Of a stretch of 1,927 nt of DNA, positions 1 to 1,927 are shown piece by piece (positions within the stretch are counted from its first letter, which is position 1; each line of letters begins with the position of its first letter). The notes under the pieces are model-generated. The model was not told where the DNA came from. It saw only the letters and a list, made by a program, of their open reading frames with translations, and did no database searches. Origin of the DNA: a bacterium (GTDB lineage: Bacteria; Oederibacteriota; PGYV01; Palsa-1178); NCBI GenBank assembly GCA_037138355.1, contig JBAXIL010000072.1:1-1927 (forward strand). The letters are read 5' to 3'. The position numbers were made by a program, and so were the translations under genes.

Positions 1-900
1 TCTATGTGTTGCAGGTTAAGACTTGATAACAGAGAACTTCGTAAGCGCGGCGGCGGACTTTTTGGTTCAAACCCACTCACAGGTTCCATAGGTGTTGTCA
101 CTGTCAATATGCCGCGCTTAGGTTATAAACATAAAGGAGATAAGGAAGGATTTTTTGCTGAGCTTAGTTATCTTATGGATACTGCCAAAGATTCTCTGGA
201 AATTAAAAGAAAAATTTTGGAAAAATTAACTGATCAGGGATTGTATCCTTATTCAAAATATTATCTTGGTGGTATTAGGCAAAGAGATGGCATGTATTGG
301 AAAAATCATTTTTCCACAATAGGACTAATCGGTATGAACGAAGCTTGTCTTAACTTCATGGACAAAGATATTACTACACAAGACGGTATTGATTTTACTA
401 TGGAAGTGCTTGAATATATGAGAAATCATCTCGTGAAATATCAAGATGAGACAGGCAGTATGTACAATCTTGAAGCAACACCAGGTGAAGGAACTTCATA
501 CAGGCTCGCAAAAATTGATAAAGAAAAATATCCTGAGATAAAAGCCATGGGCGCGAAGGTTCCATATTATACAAACTCAACACAACTGCCGGTTTATCAT
601 ACCCGGGATGTCTTCCGTGCTCTTGAGCATCAGGATCCTATACAGTCCATGTATACCGGGGGAACTGTATTTCATATATTCTTAGGAGAAAGATTGACAT
701 CCATAGAAGCTACAAAAACTCTTGTCAGAAAAATTTCAGAGCGGTTTCACTTGCCTTACTATTCTATTACTCCTACTTTCTCGGTTTGTCTGACACATGG
801 TTATATAGCAGGCGAGCACATTGATTGTCCTATATGCAAAGAAAGTAAAGAAGAAGAATTGAAAAAAGAAATACAGACTTTAGAAGCACAGTTAGCATAG
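1..900 (+). CDS. nrdD: Anaerobic (class III) ribonucleoside-triphosphate reductase catalytic chain, 5'-truncated by the window and lacking the C-terminal glycyl-radical domain
   Basis: Frame 1 is open from base 1 to TAG at 898-900. Motifs: finger loop SMCCRL (1-18), TGSIGVVTVNMPRL, HFSTIGLIGMNE, YNLEATPGEGTSYRLA, YYTNSTQLPV, YTGGTVFH, and zinc site C(787)xxH(796)...C(826)xxC(835). The ATG at 4 is an internal Met, not the true start. No R-x-x-G-Y glycyl-radical motif occurs between the zinc site and the stop. Confidence 0.96.
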   Translation, partial: SMCCRLRLDNRELRKRGGGLFGSNPLTGSIGVVTVNMPRLGYKHKGDKEGFFAELSYLMDTAKDSLEIKRKILEKLTDQGLYPYSKYYLGGIRQRDGMYWKNHFSTIGLIGMNEACLNFMDKDITTQDGIDFTMEVLEYMRNHLVKYQDETGSMYNLEATPGEGTSYRLAKIDKEKYPEIKAMGAKVPYYTNSTQLPVYHTRDVFRALEHQDPIQSMYTGGTVFHIFLGERLTSIEATKTLVRKISERFHLPYYSITPTFSVCLTHGYIAGEHIDCPICKESKEEELKKEIQTLEAQLA

Positions 901-930
901 CAAATAATTAAGTATAAAATAAAAAATTTA

Positions 931-936
931 AAGGAG
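931..936 (+). promoter_or_regulatory. Shine-Dalgarno sequence for the 69-aa ORF
   Basis: AAGGAG at 931-936, followed by a 6-nt spacer (CGTAAA) before ATG 943. Confidence 0.85.
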
Positions 937-942
937 CGTAAA

Positions 943-1152
943 ATGGCGGAGAGAACCGAATTGCTTCTGAAACTGCAAGATTTAAAGAACGAGCTTTCAA
1001 ATGTAAAGGGTAGTGAATGCGAAGTGTACTCAAGAGTAGTAGGTTATTTCAGACCTGTAAAACAGTGGAATGACGGCAAACAGGAAGAATACGCAGACAG
1101 AGTAACTTTTGAAGCAAAAGTGCCGGAAGAAACTGCAGTAAAGGCATCGTAA
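943..1152 (+). CDS. Stand-alone NrdD glycyl-radical domain protein (69 aa) with an N-terminal amphipathic/coiled-coil helix
   Basis: Contains CEVYSRVVGYFRPVKQWNDGKQEEYADR, the typical NrdD C-terminus. The predicted radical Gly34 is codon 1042-1044. It has a good SD, an ATG start and a TAA stop, and lies between nrdD and nrdG. Confidence 0.93.
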   Translation: MAERTELLLKLQDLKNELSNVKGSECEVYSRVVGYFRPVKQWNDGKQEEYADRVTFEAKVPEETAVKAS

Positions 1153-1167
1153 AATAAAAGTTAAAAT

Positions 1168-1201
1168 AAAACGCGGGAGTAAAATCCCGCGTTTTGCTTT
1201 T
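1168..1201 (+). terminator. Rho-independent terminator-like hairpin, possibly bidirectional
   Basis: Perfect 11-bp inverted repeat AAAACGCGGGA (1168-1178) / TCCCGCGTTTT (1185-1195) around a 6-nt loop GTAAAA. The 7-bp GC-rich core is followed by TTTTGCTTTTT, and A-tracts lie upstream. It starts 15 nt after the stop of the small ORF. Confidence 0.8.
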
Positions 1202-1239
1202 GTAGTTTAAAATTAACAATAAAATAAGTGGGTGTGTTC

Positions 1240-1927
1240 GTGCAGATAAATGGTTTTGAAGGCGTCTCTCTTGTCGATTATCCTGGCAAAGTGTGTTCCA
1301 TAATATATACTTCTCCCTGCAATTTTAAATGCGGGTTTTGTCATAATCCCTTGTTAATTAATTTTAATAATGATGTCTTGGATAATGCTGTCATACTCGC
1401 TGACTTAGCAGGTCGTTTTGGTTTTATAGAAGGCGTAACTATCACAGGTGGGGAACCGACTTTGCAACCTGATTTGATAAACTTTGTAACTGCTATAAAA
1501 AAATTAAAACTTCTTGTGAAGCTCGATACAAATGGTTATCAACCGCAGGTGTTAAAAAAACTATTAGATAAAAAACTTATTGACTACATAGCCATGGATA
1601 TAAAAGCCGCACCAAATAAATATGCAAATGCATGTGGAACTAAAGTGGATATGGCGATAATAAAAGAATCCATAGAAATAATTATTAATTCCGGTGTGGA
1701 TTATGAGTTTAGAACCACGGTGGTGCCGGGATTTGTAGATATAGAAGATGCGCATGAAATAGGTGAAATGATTAAAGGGGCAAAAAGATTTACGGTACAG
1801 CAATATTCTAATACAATTACCTATGATAAATCATTAAATACAACAGTTCCGTATTCTGAAAGTTATATTTTGAAATTCGCAGAAAAAATGAAAGCTTACG
1901 CTTCAGAGATTAAAATTCTTAATACTT
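1240..1927 (+). CDS. nrdG: Anaerobic ribonucleoside-triphosphate reductase activating protein (radical SAM glycyl-radical enzyme activase), stop codon not in the window
   Basis: Manual translation of frame 1 from GTG 1240: MQINGFEGVSLVDYPGKVCSIIYTSPCNFKCGFCHNP...EGVTITGGEPTLQPDL...VKLDTNGYQP...DYIAMDIKA...YEFRTTVVPG...KILNT. That is 229 codons with no stop. CxxxCxxC lies at 1318-1341 and the GGEP motif at 1447-1458. An in-frame TAA at 1225-1227 bounds the start; alternative GTGs are at 1228 and 1234, and a weak SD-like GGGTG at 1230-1234 favours 1240. Confidence 0.93.
   Translation, partial: MQINGFEGVSLVDYPGKVCSIIYTSPCNFKCGFCHNPLLINFNNDVLDNAVILADLAGRFGFIEGVTITGGEPTLQPDLINFVTAIKKLKLLVKLDTNGYQPQVLKKLLDKKLIDYIAMDIKAAPNKYANACGTKVDMAIIKESIEIIINSGVDYEFRTTVVPGFVDIEDAHEIGEMIKGAKRFTVQQYSNTITYDKSLNTTVPYSESYILKFAEKMKAYASEIKILNT

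Noticed and set aside
4..6. ATG at 4 as the start of nrdD
   Set aside because: It is the Met of the internal SMCCRL finger loop; the frame is open at base 1 and the N-terminal half of NrdD must lie upstream.
398..583. 61-aa minus-strand ORF from the track
   Set aside because: Lies entirely antisense to conserved nrdD sequence and has no recognisable motif; a shadow ORF.
838..1011. Pseudogene, intein, intron or mobile insertion explaining the break in nrdD
   Set aside because: Both parts keep intact motifs and the second has its own SD. There are no intein termini (Cys/Ser start with His-Asn end), no endonuclease or transposase, no terminal repeats, and 42 nt is too short for a self-splicing intron. 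A pseudogene is disfavoured but not formally excluded.
901..1239. NrdR box, riboswitch or CRISPR/REP-type repeat in the spacers
   Set aside because: No match to the NrdR palindrome was seen by eye, the spacers are short and A/T-rich, and the single hairpin is adequately explained as a terminator.
1564..1803. 79-aa minus-strand ORF from the track
   Set aside because: Antisense to nrdG; its F/Y/I/H-rich composition is what the reverse complement of an A-rich coding strand gives.

Overview
AT-rich bacterial window carrying the 3' part of a class III (anaerobic) ribonucleotide reductase operon, all on the + strand. It holds (1) the C-terminal ~299 codons of the NrdD catalytic chain, from the SMCCRL finger loop to the CxxH...CxxC zinc site; (2) a separate 69-aa ORF with its own Shine-Dalgarno carrying the NrdD glycyl-radical motif (YSRVVGYFRP); (3) an intrinsic-terminator-like hairpin; and (4) an nrdG radical-SAM activase with a GTG start, missed by the ORF track and running off the right edge. 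The main point of interest is that NrdD appears naturally split: the catalytic chain stops before the glycyl-radical loop, and both sides of the break carry heptad-repeat helices that could re-associate as a coiled coil. The two ORFs are also in the same frame, separated by a single TAG and 14 sense codons, so stop readthrough is a possible alternative. No database searches were run; family calls rest on motif recognition.
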